64,000 nucleotides of DNA. It comes from Bacteroidota bacterium (GTDB lineage Bacteria; Bacteroidota; Bacteroidia; Bacteroidales; B39-G9). Under the pieces are notes generated by a model that was given only the letters and a program-made list of their open reading frames with translations, did not search any database and had not been told where the DNA came from. This document shows positions 1-14,400 of this stretch, piece after piece. Where the stretch lies: the NCBI GenBank assembly GCA_015222055.1, contig JADFUR010000065.1:42176-106175 (forward strand). The letters are read 5' to 3'. The translations under genes and the position numbers were made by a program. Every line of letters starts with the position of its first letter. Position 1 is the first letter of the stretch.

Positions 1-1
1 A

Positions 2-502
2 CCTTTAATTGAGTTTGCAAAAAGCAACAAGCTTAAATTTATTGCTACAAACATACCTCGTAGATATGCTTCGCTTGTTCATAAAAAAGGCTTTGAGGGA
101 ATAAATAATCTATCTGCTGAAGCAAAACAATATATTGCACCCATGCCAATAAATTATGATGCAAATATAAATTGCTACAAACAAATGATGAGTATGGGTG
201 GTGCCATGAAAGCACATATAAACAAAAATTTTCCAATGGCACAAGCTGCTAAAGATGCTACTATGGCTCATTTTATATTAACGAATTGGCAAAAAGGCAA
301 ACTCTTTATTCATTATAATGGAGCTTATCACTCAGATAATTATGAAGGAATAGTCTGGCATCTGAACAAAAAAAACAAAAATTTAAATATTGTAACAATC
401 ACTACTGTATTGCAAAAAACAATTGATGTTTTGGAAGATGAAAATAAAAACACAGCAGATTTTATTTTTTGTGTACCTGAAGATATGACTAGAAGTTATT
501 AA
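2..502 (+). CDS. ChaN-family (DUF399-like) protein, 5' end cut by window edge
   Basis: The reading frame is open from nt 2 and runs into the 143..502 ORF. The translation (...IPRRYASLVHKKGFEGINNLSAEAKQYIAP...HYNGAYHSDNYEGIVWHL...) resembles ChaN/DUF399 proteins, from memory only. Confidence 0.5.
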   Translation, partial: PLIEFAKSNKLKFIATNIPRRYASLVHKKGFEGINNLSAEAKQYIAPMPINYDANINCYKQMMSMGGAMKAHINKNFPMAQAAKDATMAHFILTNWQKGKLFIHYNGAYHSDNYEGIVWHLNKKNKNLNIVTITTVLQKTIDVLEDENKNTADFIFCVPEDMTRSY

Positions 503-767
503 TTGTTAGTTGATTAGTTGTTAACCTGAGTTCAATTAATACAAATTAATTTTTGCATGTATGTGTTATAGCCGTTGCACGATTTTATTAAATAAATGTG
601 GAGTAGTTATTAACATTTTTTTATTAATTAGCATATCCGTGCCACGGCAAGGGTACAGTTGCCATTCAAACAGTTTATGATTTTTAACGCTTCATTTCAC
701 TCTAAAATTTACGAAATGAATTTAAGGTCGGTTGCTTCGCTAAGTAATAAGGGGGTGTTTTTATTTT

Positions 768-792
768 GTCATGCTGAACTCGTTTCAGCATC
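768..792. repeat. Short intergenic hairpin repeat (gtcatgctgaactcgtttcagcatc)
   Basis: Inverted repeat gctgaa/ttcagc. It belongs to the 'gtcat...' class of short palindromic intergenic repeats, also seen at 36467-36547 and 40114-40137. Confidence 0.5.
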
Positions 793-1042
793 TGTTAATA
801 TAAAACAAAATAATCATTCTTTTGCAAACATAGGATGACAGTTTGAATAAAATCTTCTCAAAAGATGCAAGAGTCTGTACCTTTGTCTACTTATTCATTT
901 TATAAAAGCACAAGCGAGGACGCTTGCACTAGTTGTGAATTTAACCATTTAACAATAAAACAATTTAGCAATATATTCACAAGCGTAATTATATTGCTAA
1001 ATTATTTTTCTCTCCATGGAGAATTCATAAAAGCTCAAGAAT

Positions 1043-3661
1043 CTATTTAATTTTATTTTTTCCTTTTTCAATTGCTTTTGTCAAGCCATCGGGGTTTTTA
1101 CCACCTGCTGTAGCATAAAAAGCCTGACCACCACCACCACCTTGTATCTCTTTTGAAATTTCGCGAATAATATTTCCGGCATGCAAATCTTTTTCTTTAA
1201 CTAAATTATCAGAAATCATTACTGATAGACTTGCTTTTCCTTTAATTTCAGCACCAAGAATAAGATACAAATTATCTATCTGATTTTTGAGTTGAAAAGC
1301 AATGTCTTTAATATAATCGGCAGAATCAATATCAATCTTTTCTGCAATAACATTAATACCATTAATATTTTGAACCTTATTAGCTAAATCTTTTCTAATA
1401 ATATTTACTTTCTCTCTGTTAAAATCTTCGATCCTTTTCTTAAGCTGTGCATTCTCATTAATAACATCTTCAATGCTTTCAACTACATTTTTAGTATTAT
1501 TAAAAATTTGTTTTACTTCTTTCAGGGTATTTACCTCTTTGTAGATATATTGTTCAGCATTAAAAGAGGAAATCGCTTCAATTCTTCTTATACCTGCAGC
1601 AATAGCTGTTTCGGCTATAATTTTAAAAAAGCCTATTTCTCCAGTTGCATTAACATGAGTACCACCACAAAGCTCAATAGAATCATTAAACCGAATAACT
1701 CTTACCGTATCACCGTACTTTTCACCAAATAAAGCCATTGCACCTAACTCTTTTGCTCTTCTGATTGGCAAATTACGTTTCTCACTCAACTGAATATTTT
1801 CTCTTATTTTAGAATTTACAATTTTCTCTACTTTTGCAATATCCTCATCGGTAAGTTTTTTAAAATGAGAAAAATCAAAACGCAAATGTTTTTCATCAAC
1901 CAATGAACCTTTTTGTTCAACATGCTCACCAAGCACATTTCGCAAAGCATAATGCAACAGATGAGTTGCTGAGTGATTACATTTAATTAAATCTCGTCTG
2001 CTTTTATTAACGACAGCCATAAATTTAACACTAAGATCAGATGGCAACTTTTTAGTAATATGAACAGTAAGTCCATTTTCTTTTTTAGTGTCAATAATTG
2101 AAATTTTCTCGCCATTTGCTTCAATATATCCGGTATCTCCAACTTGTCCCCCACTCTCACCATAAAAAGGAGTTAGCTGAAATACCAATTGAAACAATTC
2201 TTTATTTTGAATTTTAATTTTACGATATCGAGCAATTCTCACCTGAGCGTCAGTAAATTCATAGCCGACAAACTCTTCGACAGCATCATCAATTAACACA
2301 TGCCAATCGTCGGCATCTATTGTTGCAGCGTCACGAGAGCGAGATTTTTGCATTGACATTTCTTTATTAAAATCATCAATATTAACATTCAAGCCATTTT
2401 CTTTCAAAATAAGCTGAGTTAAGTCAAGTGGGAAGCCATAAGTGTCATATAAAACAAAGGCATCTTTCCCTTCAATTGAATCACTTTTATCTTTTTTAGC
2501 CTTTTCAATTATTTTATCAAGAAGCTTTATTCCAATATCTAATGTACGTAAAAAGGAAACTTCTTCTTCATTAATAATCTTTTCAATAGTTTGTTGCTGC
2601 TGGATTAATCCCTTGAAAGCATCGCCCATAATAGAAATTAGCACAGGAACTAAAGTATTAATAAACGGTTCTTTCTGATTTAAAAAAGTGTAAGCATAAC
2701 GAACAGCTCGTCGAAGAATACGACGAATTACATAACCAGCTTTGTTGTTTGAAGGCAATTGACCATCTGCAATAGCAAAAGATACAGCTCTTAGATGGTC
2801 GGCAATAACTCGCATTGCAATATCATCTTTCTCATTTTCGCCATATTTTTTTGCAGATTTTTTTGCAATTTCTTGAATTATTGGTTGAAAAACATCGGTG
2901 TCATAATTTGATTTTTTTCCTTGAATAACCATACATAATCGTTCAAAGCCCATACCTGTATCTACGTGTCTCATAGGTAATTGCTCTAACGATTTATCTA
3001 CCTTTCGGTTATATTGTATAAAAACCAAATTCCATATTTCAATAACTAAATGATGGTCTTTATTAATTAAATCAACAGCATCAATTTTTTTTCTTTCATC
3101 CTCATCTCTTAAATCAATATGAATCTCTGAACACGGACCACAAGGTCCTGTGCTACCCATCTCCCAAAAATTATCTTTTTTCGATCCATTAATTATTCTA
3201 TCCTCAGGAAGATATTTTCTCCAAAAATTAAATGCCTCATTATCTTTTCCCAAGCCATCATCTTTTGAACCTTCAAACACAGTTGCATAAAGTCTGTCTT
3301 CAGATATTTTGAAAACGTCTACTAATAATTCCCAAGCCCAATCAATAGCCTCTTCCTTGAAATAGTCACCAAAAGACCAATTACCAAGCATCTCAAACAT
3401 TGTATGATGATAAGTATCGTGTCCCACCTCTTCGAGATCATTATGTTTACCAGAAACTCTTAAACATTTTTGTGAATTTGATACACGTTTATATTTAATC
3501 GATGAATTACCTAAAAACATGTCTTTAAACTGATTCATACCAGCATTGGTAAACATAAGTGTAGGGTCGTTCTTAACCACCATTGGTGCAGATTGCACAA
3601 TTTGATGCTGTTTTGATTCAAAAAAATTTTTAAATACTTTTCTTATTTCGTTAGAATTCAT
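1043..3661 (-). CDS. alaS: Alanine--tRNA ligase
   Basis: 872-aa ORF with class II AlaRS hallmarks ([28 protein letters not shown], editing-domain HSATHLLH, C-terminal GGGGGQ). Confidence 0.97.
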   Translation of the reverse strand: MNSNEIRKVFKNFFESKQHQIVQSAPMVVKNDPTLMFTNAGMNQFKDMFLGNSSIKYKRVSNSQKCLRVSGKHNDLEEVGHDTYHHTMFEMLGNWSFGDYFKEEAIDWAWELLVDVFKISEDRLYATVFEGSKDDGLGKDNEAFNFWRKYLPEDRIINGSKKDNFWEMGSTGPCGPCSEIHIDLRDEDERKKIDAVDLINKDHHLVIEIWNLVFIQYNRKVDKSLEQLPMRHVDTGMGFERLCMVIQGKKSNYDTDVFQPIIQEIAKKSAKKYGENEKDDIAMRVIADHLRAVSFAIADGQLPSNNKAGYVIRRILRRAVRYAYTFLNQKEPFINTLVPVLISIMGDAFKGLIQQQQTIEKIINEEEVSFLRTLDIGIKLLDKIIEKAKKDKSDSIEGKDAFVLYDTYGFPLDLTQLILKENGLNVNIDDFNKEMSMQKSRSRDAATIDADDWHVLIDDAVEEFVGYEFTDAQVRIARYRKIKIQNKELFQLVFQLTPFYGESGGQVGDTGYIEANGEKISIIDTKKENGLTVHITKKLPSDLSVKFMAVVNKSRRDLIKCNHSATHLLHYALRNVLGEHVEQKGSLVDEKHLRFDFSHFKKLTDEDIAKVEKIVNSKIRENIQLSEKRNLPIRRAKELGAMALFGEKYGDTVRVIRFNDSIELCGGTHVNATGEIGFFKIIAETAIAAGIRRIEAISSFNAEQYIYKEVNTLKEVKQIFNNTKNVVESIEDVINENAQLKKRIEDFNREKVNIIRKDLANKVQNINGINVIAEKIDIDSADYIKDIAFQLKNQIDNLYLILGAEIKGKASLSVMISDNLVKEKDLHAGNIIREISKEIQGGGGGQAFYATAGGKNPDGLTKAIEKGKNKIK

Positions 3662-3755
3662 AATCTTATATTAAAGGTGCAATTTTATAGTTTTTTATTA
3701 TCGAATTACTTTAACTGTCATATCTAAAGAGTTTGTAAAATTAATTTATTTAATT

Positions 3756-3763
3756 TAGATTTG
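3756..3763 (+). promoter_or_regulatory. Putative Bacteroidetes -7 promoter box (TAnnTTTG)
   Basis: tagatttg lies 39 nt upstream of the 3802 ATG and matches the TAnnTTTG consensus for Bacteroidetes sigma-A promoters. Motif match only. Confidence 0.3.
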
Positions 3764-3801
3764 TATTTGTTTATTATCTTTTTTTTTTACATTTTTGTTT
3801 T

Positions 3802-4773
3802 ATGCCAAAATATAAATACAAATTTAATTCAGATTCGCTTAATTATGACAAAATAAAAAAAACTTCGAAACAAAAGTTTTTTCAATTTTTCTCATATATT
3901 TTGGCAAGCATCTTTATGGCAGTAATTATTATTGTTATATTCTCAATTTTTTTCGACACGCCAAACGAAAAAACTTTAAAAAGGGAAAACAAACAGTTAA
4001 TAGTGCAATATAATTTAATGGATAAAAAATTAACACAAATTTCAAATGTATTAAATGATATCCAACAAAGAGACGATAATATATATCGAGTTATTTTCGA
4101 GGCAGACCCAATACCAAAATCAATTAGAGAGGCTGGTTTTGGCGGTATAAATCGCTATGCCAAACTAGAAGGATATTCTAACTCAGATCTTGTTATTAAA
4201 ACTGCCACAAAATTAGACAAACTATCTAAAAAATTATATGTTCAATCAAAATCTTACGATAAGATTATTGATATGGCCAAAAACAAGCAAAAATATTTTT
4301 CTTCAATACCTGCTATTGCCCCAATATCAGATAAAGACTTAATTAGATTTGCGTCAGGTTTTGGATATAGAATTCATCCAATATACAAAACAAAAAAGAT
4401 GCATACCGGTATTGACTTAACAGCTCCTACAGGAACAAAAATATATGCTACAGGAGATGGCAAAGTTGTAAAATCTGGCTTATCAAAAGGTGGTTATGGT
4501 CAAAGAGTAATAATTGATCATGATTATGGCTACAAAACAGTTTATGCTCATTTAAGCAAAATAGTTGTGAGGAGAGGTCGAAAAATAAATCGTGGAGAAC
4601 TGATTGGGCTCGTTGGATCTACAGGCGTTTCAACAGCACCTCATTTACATTATGAGGTACGAAGATATAACAAACCCGTTAATCCTATCAATTATTATTT
4701 TAACGATATTACGCCTTCTGAATATGATAAAATGATTTTGGTTTCTTCAAGAAAAAACCAAAGTTTTGACTAA
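3802..4773 (+). CDS. M23 family metallopeptidase (membrane anchored)
   Basis: N-terminal TM helix plus the M23 motifs HTGIDLTAPTGTKIYATGDGKV and GSTGVSTAPHLHYEV. Confidence 0.9.
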   Translation: MPKYKYKFNSDSLNYDKIKKTSKQKFFQFFSYILASIFMAVIIIVIFSIFFDTPNEKTLKRENKQLIVQYNLMDKKLTQISNVLNDIQQRDDNIYRVIFEADPIPKSIREAGFGGINRYAKLEGYSNSDLVIKTATKLDKLSKKLYVQSKSYDKIIDMAKNKQKYFSSIPAIAPISDKDLIRFASGFGYRIHPIYKTKKMHTGIDLTAPTGTKIYATGDGKVVKSGLSKGGYGQRVIIDHDYGYKTVYAHLSKIVVRRGRKINRGELIGLVGSTGVSTAPHLHYEVRRYNKPVNPINYYFNDITPSEYDKMILVSSRKNQSFD

Positions 4774-4794
4774 TTTCATTTAAAAAAAATCTTT

Positions 4795-5130
4795 ATGCCT
4801 TATAAAGAAAAAAAAATAGAAAAGTTATATTACTCAATTGGAGAGGTTGCTAAAATGTTTGACGTTAATACGTCATTAATTCGTTTTTGGGAAAAAGAAT
4901 TTGATGTCATTAAACCCAAAAAAAACAAAAAAGGCAATCGTTTATTTACTAAACCAGATATTGAAAACTTCTATCTTATATTTCATTTAGTAAAAGACAG
5001 AGGAATGACTTTAAAAGGTGCAAAGAAAAAATTAAAAGAAAATAAAGAAGATACTATTAATAATTTTGAAGTAATACACTCTTTACAAAAAATAAAAGAA
5101 ATGCTTCTTGAAATTAAAGAAAATTTATAA
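4795..5130 (+). CDS. MerR family transcriptional regulator
   Basis: N-terminal MerR-type HTH (YSIGEVAKMFDVNTSLIRFWEKEF) in a 111-aa ORF. Confidence 0.8.
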   Translation: MPYKEKKIEKLYYSIGEVAKMFDVNTSLIRFWEKEFDVIKPKKNKKGNRLFTKPDIENFYLIFHLVKDRGMTLKGAKKKLKENKEDTINNFEVIHSLQKIKEMLLEIKENL

Positions 5131-5422
5131 TTCTATAATATTTTTTATTATACTTTTTTCACTTTTCTTCACTCTTATACCACATATTTTTGAACAAACG
5201 AATCCGATTCTATTTCAATTTAATCGCCTCATTTTTAATTTCTTATAAATAAAGCACCTTTTTTGGAATAAAATACGAAAAAAAAATTTTTTATTCCAAA
5301 AAAAAAATATACCTTTGTCGACTTTTTAAAAAGACTTTACTGTGAAAAGATTAAAAAATGGTTAATAAATAGTTGTTTATATAAGAAATTATTGTTTCTC
5401 ATAAAAATGCTAGGTCTTTTCA

Positions 5423-5455
5423 TAAAAAAAATGGGCATCTAACGATGCCCATTTT
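5423..5455 (-). terminator. Rho-independent terminator of the giant gene
   Basis: Read on the minus strand: aaatgggcatc-gtta-gatgcccattt followed by T8, about 20 nt past the stop at 5476. Confidence 0.75.
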
Positions 5456-5475
5456 TCATTTTATTTTAAATTATA

Positions 5476-8400
5476 TTATTCAATCATTAATTTAACTCTT
5501 GAATAACACTCTTTTCCTGTAATAGAAATCAAATAAATACCAGCTTTTAAGTTCATATTATTCTTTATTTTAATCAATTTCTTGCTTTGATACTCAAAAA
5601 TAGTTACTTTTTTTGATAAGTAAGTATTACCTAACAAATCGCTAATTCTAAGGACTATATCTCCATCAGGCACATTGCTTAACATAATATTCAACTCAGC
5701 TTCAGATCTTAACGGATTTGGATATACACCTAACTCTAACTGTTTATTAAAATCATTAAATTGATAATTAATATCAAGCAAATCAGAGTAAGTTGATTTC
5801 CCGTTATAATTTGTTTGTTTTAATCTATAATAAGACATACCAAATAGCGGATCGTAATCAGTAGCACTATAATTAATTAAATCACTACTGTTACCTGCTC
5901 CGGAAACATCTTCAACATCTTCAAAATTGTAAGCGTCAGAAGAACGTTGAACTGTAAAGTAATCATTATTTTTCTCAGAAGCTGTTATCCAAGAAATATT
6001 GACTTTATCATTATCCAGATTTGCAGTGAACGACAACAACTCAATTGGAAGAGGGTTTGATGATGCTTTGTCTGTAGTAACACCAAATGTAATCGGACTA
6101 AATCTAGTAAAGGGTAAATTTGAAATAATCCATCCAGAAGAATCGGCAGCTTCGTTAAATGCAGAATTACCAAAATCGTTCCACTTATCATTTTCATAAT
6201 GAGAAACTACTAAGGAATCAGGAGCATCAATAACACTTCTTGAACTATCTTCCCAAAACAGTTTAACATATGGCTCTGCTGTACCAGAACCAGGACTAGA
6301 TAAATCCCAATACTCAATTTTACTTACATGATCCATATTAGTACCCATTGTAGTAATATCGGAATAAGGGGCATTAAAATATTCAGCAATAAAATTACCT
6401 GAACCTGTCATGCTTGATATTCCTAATCTTGCATAAACGCTGTCTTTACCAATAGGGAATACAAAATCTGCAGTACCATATTTTCTTAATGGTCCTATCA
6501 CATAACTCTTATCGCTTCCTTCATTTGCCGTTGCTAAATAATCGAGCGACAATAAATTACTGGATGTTGTTTGCACAACTCCTGAAGTAAGTGTAAATTC
6601 ATTATAAACCAACACATTACGCCCTAAAACCACTTGAGGTGCAGTTGTATTTGTATTATTAATAGTAAGATTGTAAAAATTCTCGACTGATGTATTTGTG
6701 ATAGTTTGTTGAGTATTACCAAAAATATTAACAGTGCTTGCAAAACGATTAAATGTGCCAGTATTTGTCCAATTGCCTTTTAAATTAATTGTAGATGTTA
6801 ATGCATCAAGAGTTCCTGAAATTGAAATATTGCCATTTACAGTAATACTATTATTCAACGACATTGTTCCTGTTCCTCCAATTAATAAATTATTAAACGG
6901 GCCGTCGTTATTAATACTTTGGTCTTTTGTACCATTAAAATTAACTGTAGTTCCTGTTCCTGCTGTAAATGTACCTACATTAGTCCAATCTTCTTTAACA
7001 TTTAAAATTGCGTTGGACTGCATATCTAATGTACCGCCGATTTGATTATCAAGCGAACCATATATTGTAAGATCGTTGCTATTGCTAATAGTAACCTTCC
7101 CTCCATTTAGTATAATTAAGTTAAACACTTCACGTCCAGCAGTTGAAACTATTGGATCATTAGTAACATCTGGGATAATTAAATTTGTTGTTTTAGATGG
7201 CAAATTTGGAGGATCACTCCAATTATTGGCATCATTCCAATCTGTAGATTCTGAACCGTCCCATGTTAAGGTGATATAAGAAAAGCCGAAAGTTCCTGGC
7301 CCAAATGTTGAATAAGCATCATTTGAAGTTACAGAACCTTTATTAAGATCTCCGATAAATGATGATTGTCCTTTATTTTTCCATTCACTTGAACTAAAAT
7401 TAGCTGCCACCAAGGCATCAATATCAGGAATACCGCTTCGTGTCCCATCTTCCCAATAATAAGTAACCTTTGGTGTTGCAGTTCCTACAAATCTACTTAA
7501 GTTCCAATATTCGACATCACTTACACTATTTAAACCAGCTTCTAAAGAAATGGTGTTAGAATAGGCGACATCATGATATTCCGCAGTAAAAGTTGAACTA
7601 CTAGTTAAGGTAGAAATACCCAATCTGGCAAATACAGAACTAGTTCCAATTGGGAACACAAAATCTTGAGCACCAATTTTTTTCATTGGACCGTCAATAT
7701 ATGATGCACTAGTTGCAGGAGAAGGCAATACCGTAGCTCCATCTGCAATAGTCAATATGTGTGATGGACTTGTTTCAACCAAACCATCAGAAAGTGTTAA
7801 TTGATTATTAACAACAACTTCGCCATCAAGCAAAATTGCTGTTGATGAAGATGAATTATTAATTACCAGATTATAAAATGTTTCAGATTTTTCAATGCCC
7901 TGTGATGATGAACCGGTAAAACTAACAGTACTTGTTCCGGGAGTAAAAGCACCAGTTCCATACCAATTACCTGTTATATCAATAGTATTACTACCTGCAC
8001 TAAAAGTACTGTTAATTGTTAAATCATTATTAACAGTAATATTGTTATTTAAAGTTTTTATTCCTGTGCCTGCAACAACAAGATTATTAAATGTTTCACC
8101 TGAAGCATTAGTAATACTTTGAGCAGTACCATCGAAAGTTACTGTTGCATTACCACAGTTAAAAGTATCGAAATTTGACCAATCGCCACCAACAAAGATG
8201 TTGTGCGTTGCGTCTTTAACCGTTAATATACCTTTAGAGATTGCGAAATCATTATCAACATAAATATTGCTTTGTGTTGTAAATATTGCAGTTCCGCTTC
8301 CACTATTAATTTCAAGATTATAGAAGAAATTATTACCTGCATCAATATCCCAATTGTCTGTTGCTGTTAAAATTACAGTAGAATTGCCTCCATGAGTAAA

Positions 8401-11400
8401 TGTACCTGAATTAGCCCACTGACCATCAACATTAATAGTTGAAGAAGACCCATTTGAAATAATAAAAGAGCCACCAATTGTCATATCTCCATCAATAGTT
8501 AAATCCATATCTCCTCCAAGTGTGAGAGAAGCTCCTTCAAAAATAGTGATATTTTGAGCTAAAGTATCTGTACCTGCATTAAGAACAGGAAATTGATTAT
8601 AACCTTCGCTTACATCAGGTATAAAAACATTTGTAGTTATAGATGGCACACCATCACCACCGGCTAAATTATCCCAATTTAAATGATTATCCCATCGTGT
8701 ATTATTATTAAGAGTATCAGCTCCTGTCCACCACAAAGTTGGGTCTGTATATGACCATGTAACAGCACCACTTGTGGAAGAACCATCATCATCTTCGAAA
8801 TAATAACTTGCAACTAATCCTAAAGCATCTTTCAAATCAAAAATACCAGTTGTTAATGCTTCATTTCTTTTTACATTATATGTTGCACCATTATTAAAAT
8901 AAGCATTATAAACTTTAAAAGTATCTGCTGTAAAATCATTTTCTAATAATAAGTATCTACCTCCAGATGCACCGTTTGCAAAAACACCATTTGAAAATGT
9001 ACTGTCAGACTCATTAACCGTTGACCCGGATTTTAAAAAGATTCCCGTAGTATCCATATATTCGAACACGTAACGTTTTGCATAAATTTCACCACCATCA
9101 CTAACAGAAAAAGAATATCTGCCTGAATTTTGATGAGTTATTGTAGCAGGATGATTTAAAGAACCGATTGCTTTAAATTCACCACCCGAATAAACGTCTA
9201 AAGAAGCATTATCAGCCATTTTAAGGTTTGCATCATCGTTAACATATAATATCCCATAAATTGACAAATCGTCAGATCCTGCACCGTCTCCAAAATTAAA
9301 GGTATTGCTATTTAAGTTAAAGGTTCCTGAAGTTAAATCAAAATTTCGACTTATATTTAATTCACTTCCGGTAAGATTATAAGTGCCTGAAATTATGTCA
9401 ACATCATAATAAACAGAAGAACCGGGATTAAATGAATTTTCACCGCTTGAATTTAAAGTTAGTTTACCCGATTGAGCAATAAAAATATCATTATTAATAA
9501 AATCACCTTTAACAGTAAGGTCTCTATTGCTACTTGTGACATCGAACCCCCCTGAGCTAATAATAAAATTACCATTAACAGTAAGGTCACGTGCTGTTTG
9601 AATTGTACCACTTACCTCAATAATTAAGTTATTGAAAGGTGAGTTATAATTATCAACAATTTTAACACCGGTACCATTAAATATAACAGTACCCGAACCA
9701 GCTGTAAATATACCATTATTATCAACTATCCAACTGCCTGCCACAGATAGTGTATCGTTATCGGTTGTCATTATTAAATTACCATTAATATTTATATCTC
9801 CTGCAACTTCGAGACCAACTCCTGTGGCAGCATTAATGTTTAATGTTAAAAAAGCACTATTATCAATGATTAAGGAAGCCGCTTCTGCACCAGACTGACT
9901 AATTTGAGGAAATATAGTAGTTTGTGGAATAACAACATCTTCATCTGTAGTTGGCACCTTATCAGAACCAACGTCTGCATGCCAGTTACCTACTTTAAAC
10001 CAATCTTGATCAACATCACCTGTCCAAGTTAAAGTAACAGCACCTGTCCAATGAATTAGGTTATAAGAATCGTTATCATAATTTTCACCTGATAACGGTC
10101 CTTTAGCATCGTAAAAATATAAATCGCCGGCAGTAGAGGTAGTCTTAGAAAGATTATAAGTACCATAACCAGGATTAACAGGGAATGAAACATTATAAAT
10201 ACTGTCTGAAGCACCGAATCTTTGTGTATTTTCAATTTGCAAACAAGTACCTCCCGAATAAGGATTTGTAAATGTACCATTGCTAAAATTATCAGTAGCA
10301 TCAATAATTGCACCATTGTTAATTTGCACACCAGGTTGTTCCATATATTCAAATAAATAATTATTTGCATGAATGGTACCTCCGTCTTCAACGGTAAAAT
10401 AATATCTGTATGAATTTCTGTTTGTTACTTGGGCATAATTTTCTACCGTACCCACAGCATAAAATGTTCCACCATCTTTAACATTAAAAGAACAACGGTT
10501 ACCTAGTTTAAGACTTCCACCTGCACCAACTTTATATATACCCGCCATATTTGCAACATCATAAGAATTTCCTAATGTAACGATCTTGCCATTACCGTCA
10601 AAAATGCCACTTGTAATAGTAAATGTTCCATCTAAAGTTAAATCGTCTATTAAAGTATATGTTGCATTTGAATTAATAGTAAGATTATTTAATGTAGATC
10701 CATTAGTTTGAATCTGAGCATCACCGCCTGTTTTACTCAAGTAATAGGTACCTGTTTGATAAAATTTACCAGTATTATCAGCAATTAAATCTCCATTAAC
10801 TGTTACTGTATAATTATTGTAAAGATAAAATATTCCACCCCTAGACGAGAGTTTATTCTCAACTGTAACATTACTATAATACAAACGGCAATAAACATTT
10901 TCCGGTTTATAAATTCTCAGTCTATAAAAATCATTACTTCCTGAAGTTCCAAGATAAATACGTTGTTCGTCATCTCCATCAAAAATAACTTCACCAGAAT
11001 TAGGTAAAAAAGTACCTGAATATTGATTATACCAATAACCAGCAATATATATAATATTACCAGCAGCATCAAGAGTATCATTACTATCGTAAAAATACAA
11101 TCTGTTGTTTATATCTATATTACCTTCAAGAGTTTTTCTGTTAGCTCCATCTAAATATAGATTTCCAAATTGGACACCGCTTCGAATTGTTTGATCGTTT
11201 GCTCCGTCATAGAATGTATAACTTTCAGTATCTGCGGTATAGTTGCTAAAATTATTGGGGTAATTGTCGGCACCACTAACATAAATTCTTGTACCTCCAG
11301 GAGCAGCATTTTCAAGTGCAAATGTACCAGAACCAGCTGTATTATTGATTAATAATGTGTCAATATCAAAATAATAACAATCAACGGTTACATTACCAGA

Positions 11401-14400
11401 TACATCAACATTACCACTTAGGTATTTATAATTATTAGTAGAAACATCTGTGTTGCTTAAAATCAAATTATTAAATTTAGCAGCATAAAGATACTGAGTA
11501 CCACCATTAAAATTGATTGTTCCTGTACCTGAATAATTACCTGTCCCTTTCCAATATCTACCTTTAAAATTATGAGTTTGACCACCATCGTCGAAAGTAC
11601 CATTTTGTTTAATTTCAACATTTCCCATGATGGTAAAAGCACAAGCTGCATCAGCTTTAATTGTAGAATTTTCTTCAACTTCCAATGCATTATAATTCAC
11701 ATAAGTATTTAAATAATCAATAGAAAGGGAACCATACATTGTTTTAGTCCCTGTGCCTGCAATATCAAGTCTGTTAAAAGTGCCATTTGTAATGCTCTGA
11801 TTTACACCACTTAAAACAAGCCATCCGTCATTTTGTGAAGCATGAAATGTTCCACCTGAATTATTATAATTTCCTGTTATTGTATAATTATAATTATTAG
11901 TGTTTGGAATAACATCTCCTGCGTAAATAATTAAATTGCCGTCAATATCAATATCACCAGACAAATAAAATGTTGCACCACCATTAAATTCGATATTATG
12001 GAAAGCGGCATTTCTTGGTTCAACAAGAACACTTCCGTTGGGTGCACTGAATAAGACCGTTGATTGCCCATTTAAAAATACAGCATCGCTTGCAATATTA
12101 TAGTCTCCTTTAACATTTATAACAGCAGTATCTTCAACAGCAAGAATGGCATCTGCACCGAGCAATACATCTTTATTTACTTTAATTGTATCAACACCTG
12201 TTTCAATACCGAGAATACCATCAGTAATATTAAGATTATTACAAATAGCCCCTGTTTTATAAATACTAGGGTTATTAACCGTAATAGGAATAACAGCATC
12301 TACAATACTTGTAGGTATGTTGGCAGGACTCCAGTTTCCAGCGGTAAACCAATCGGTACTTACATTACCTGTCCATGTTACAAGAGAAATTGGAGGCCAT
12401 GTGATTTTCCCAGGAGTAACTAATGCATCAGGATCACTTTCATAAATTTCGCCACCTAGTAAACCGCCAATTATTCCTCCAAACTTAAGCGTGTCGGTTG
12501 CACTTGCACTACGACGAACATTAAAATGAGTACTCTGAGCAGGTGAAGTTCCATGATTAAAAGTTACATTATTAATAACTGGTAAACCTGTAACATCAGC
12601 GTTAATATTCAGGTAAACAAAATTATTACGAATTGTGTCATTATTTGGATAAGCAGGGTCGGAATATTGTGTTCCAGAATAAATATTTGACCATACACCA
12701 TCAGAAAAATTATTCGTATCATCAACTATTGCACCATCTTTAACATCTAAACCATCGTAAGACAGATATTGAAATTGATAATACTTGGCTTTTATAGTAG
12801 CACCTGATTCTATATCAATTTTCACACCTCTATTGTTATACCCTTGAGAACGTGTAACATTAGCATTATTACCGTTTTCTCCAACGACTTTCAATGTTCC
12901 GTTAACTGTTAAAGTTGGATATAAATCATACATGTCAAATTGTAAATTTGAACCTGCATCAACATCAAGAGTTCCACCGGCTTGAATATAATGATGTTCG
13001 CCATTGGGATAATACGGAAAGGTTGATTCGTTATCATCATTATTACCGAGAGTTAAATTTTTTCCATTTAGCTTTAAAGTAGCATTATTCCCAACTGTTA
13101 ATTTATTTGTAATAGTTGCGTTATCAATTAAAGTATATGTTCTTGCACTCGTTTGTGATTGATTAAACATCACATCGTAAAAACTGTATCCACCTGATTG
13201 AATAGTTTTATTTACATCAAGGTCACTTTCAAAAAATACAGTGTCTTCGTAAGGTTGAAAGTAACCTCTATTAGACCAATTCCCTGTTAAATTAATGTTA
13301 TAAGGGTTATCGCCCAAATCAGAAGTTCTGAAATAAACTCTATCATCTATTGTAAAATCTTGCACATTTAATTCACCTTCCATTATTTTCCATCCACTTG
13401 CAGAGAAACGAATGTTATTAAGTGTCATTTCAGGAATATATTGATTACCGTTTCTGTCAAAAGTAATATTTGCATCATTTGTAATCCATTCACCTAAATT
13501 AGTGATGTATAGTGAAGCAATATTATGAGAAACATTTCCCATATCAACAATAACTCTATAATGACTATCAGCACTATCTGCACCTTGCTCAATACTAAAA
13601 ATACCATTGTTTACATTTAAGCCATGATTAACAATTTTTTTAGTCCCTCTATTACTAAACACCACACCATAAAAATTATTATATGTGCCTGGGTCAATAA
13701 CCTGAGTTGAATCATCGAAATATACTATATTATTAGTATGATTAAAGAACCCGTCATTAGCTAAAGTATCACCAGAGAAATATAAATCGTGAGAACAATT
13801 AAGAGTATCGTTTGCAATAATTGTAAGATTACCTTCAATATAAATAGTTGTTTCGTTTAAAGTTTTTTGACCACCAATTCCATTAAAAACAACATTGTTA
13901 AGTTTAAGAGTAGTATATGAACCACCTGCATAAATATTTTGCCCTGAAGCTCCATTAAACGTAATAGTATTTTTCGGAATATAATCTCTTAAATCAACAG
14001 TAGAACCACCAATAGAAATATTATGGCTTGAATCTTCTAAAGTGATATAGTCATAATACATTCTAAAATCACCAAGAACTGTTAAATCACCATCAAGCTT
14101 CACGGTTCGTGAAGAGTTATCATAAAGATATAAATTTCCATAAACAGGTGTTGATAAAATTGTTTGATTTTCATTACCCCTAATATATGTAGTGTTAGTA
14201 GCATCAATATCATAAATGTCAAATCCTGTAGGGAATGCTTTGCCACCGCTTGCTGTTGCAGTATCTGCAAGATAAGAATAAATTCTAGAATCTGCACCAA
14301 TTTTAAATTCCTTACCGGAAACAGAACAATCTAAGGCAAATTGTTGCATATTAAGATTTGTTTCATCATAAAACGTAACATTTCCTGTAATATCTAAATT

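Noticed and set aside
865-1050. 61-aa ORF downstream of alaS
   Set aside because: It lies in a repeat-rich intergenic region (contains the hairpin cacaagcgaggacgcttg) and overlaps the alaS stop. There is no coding signal.
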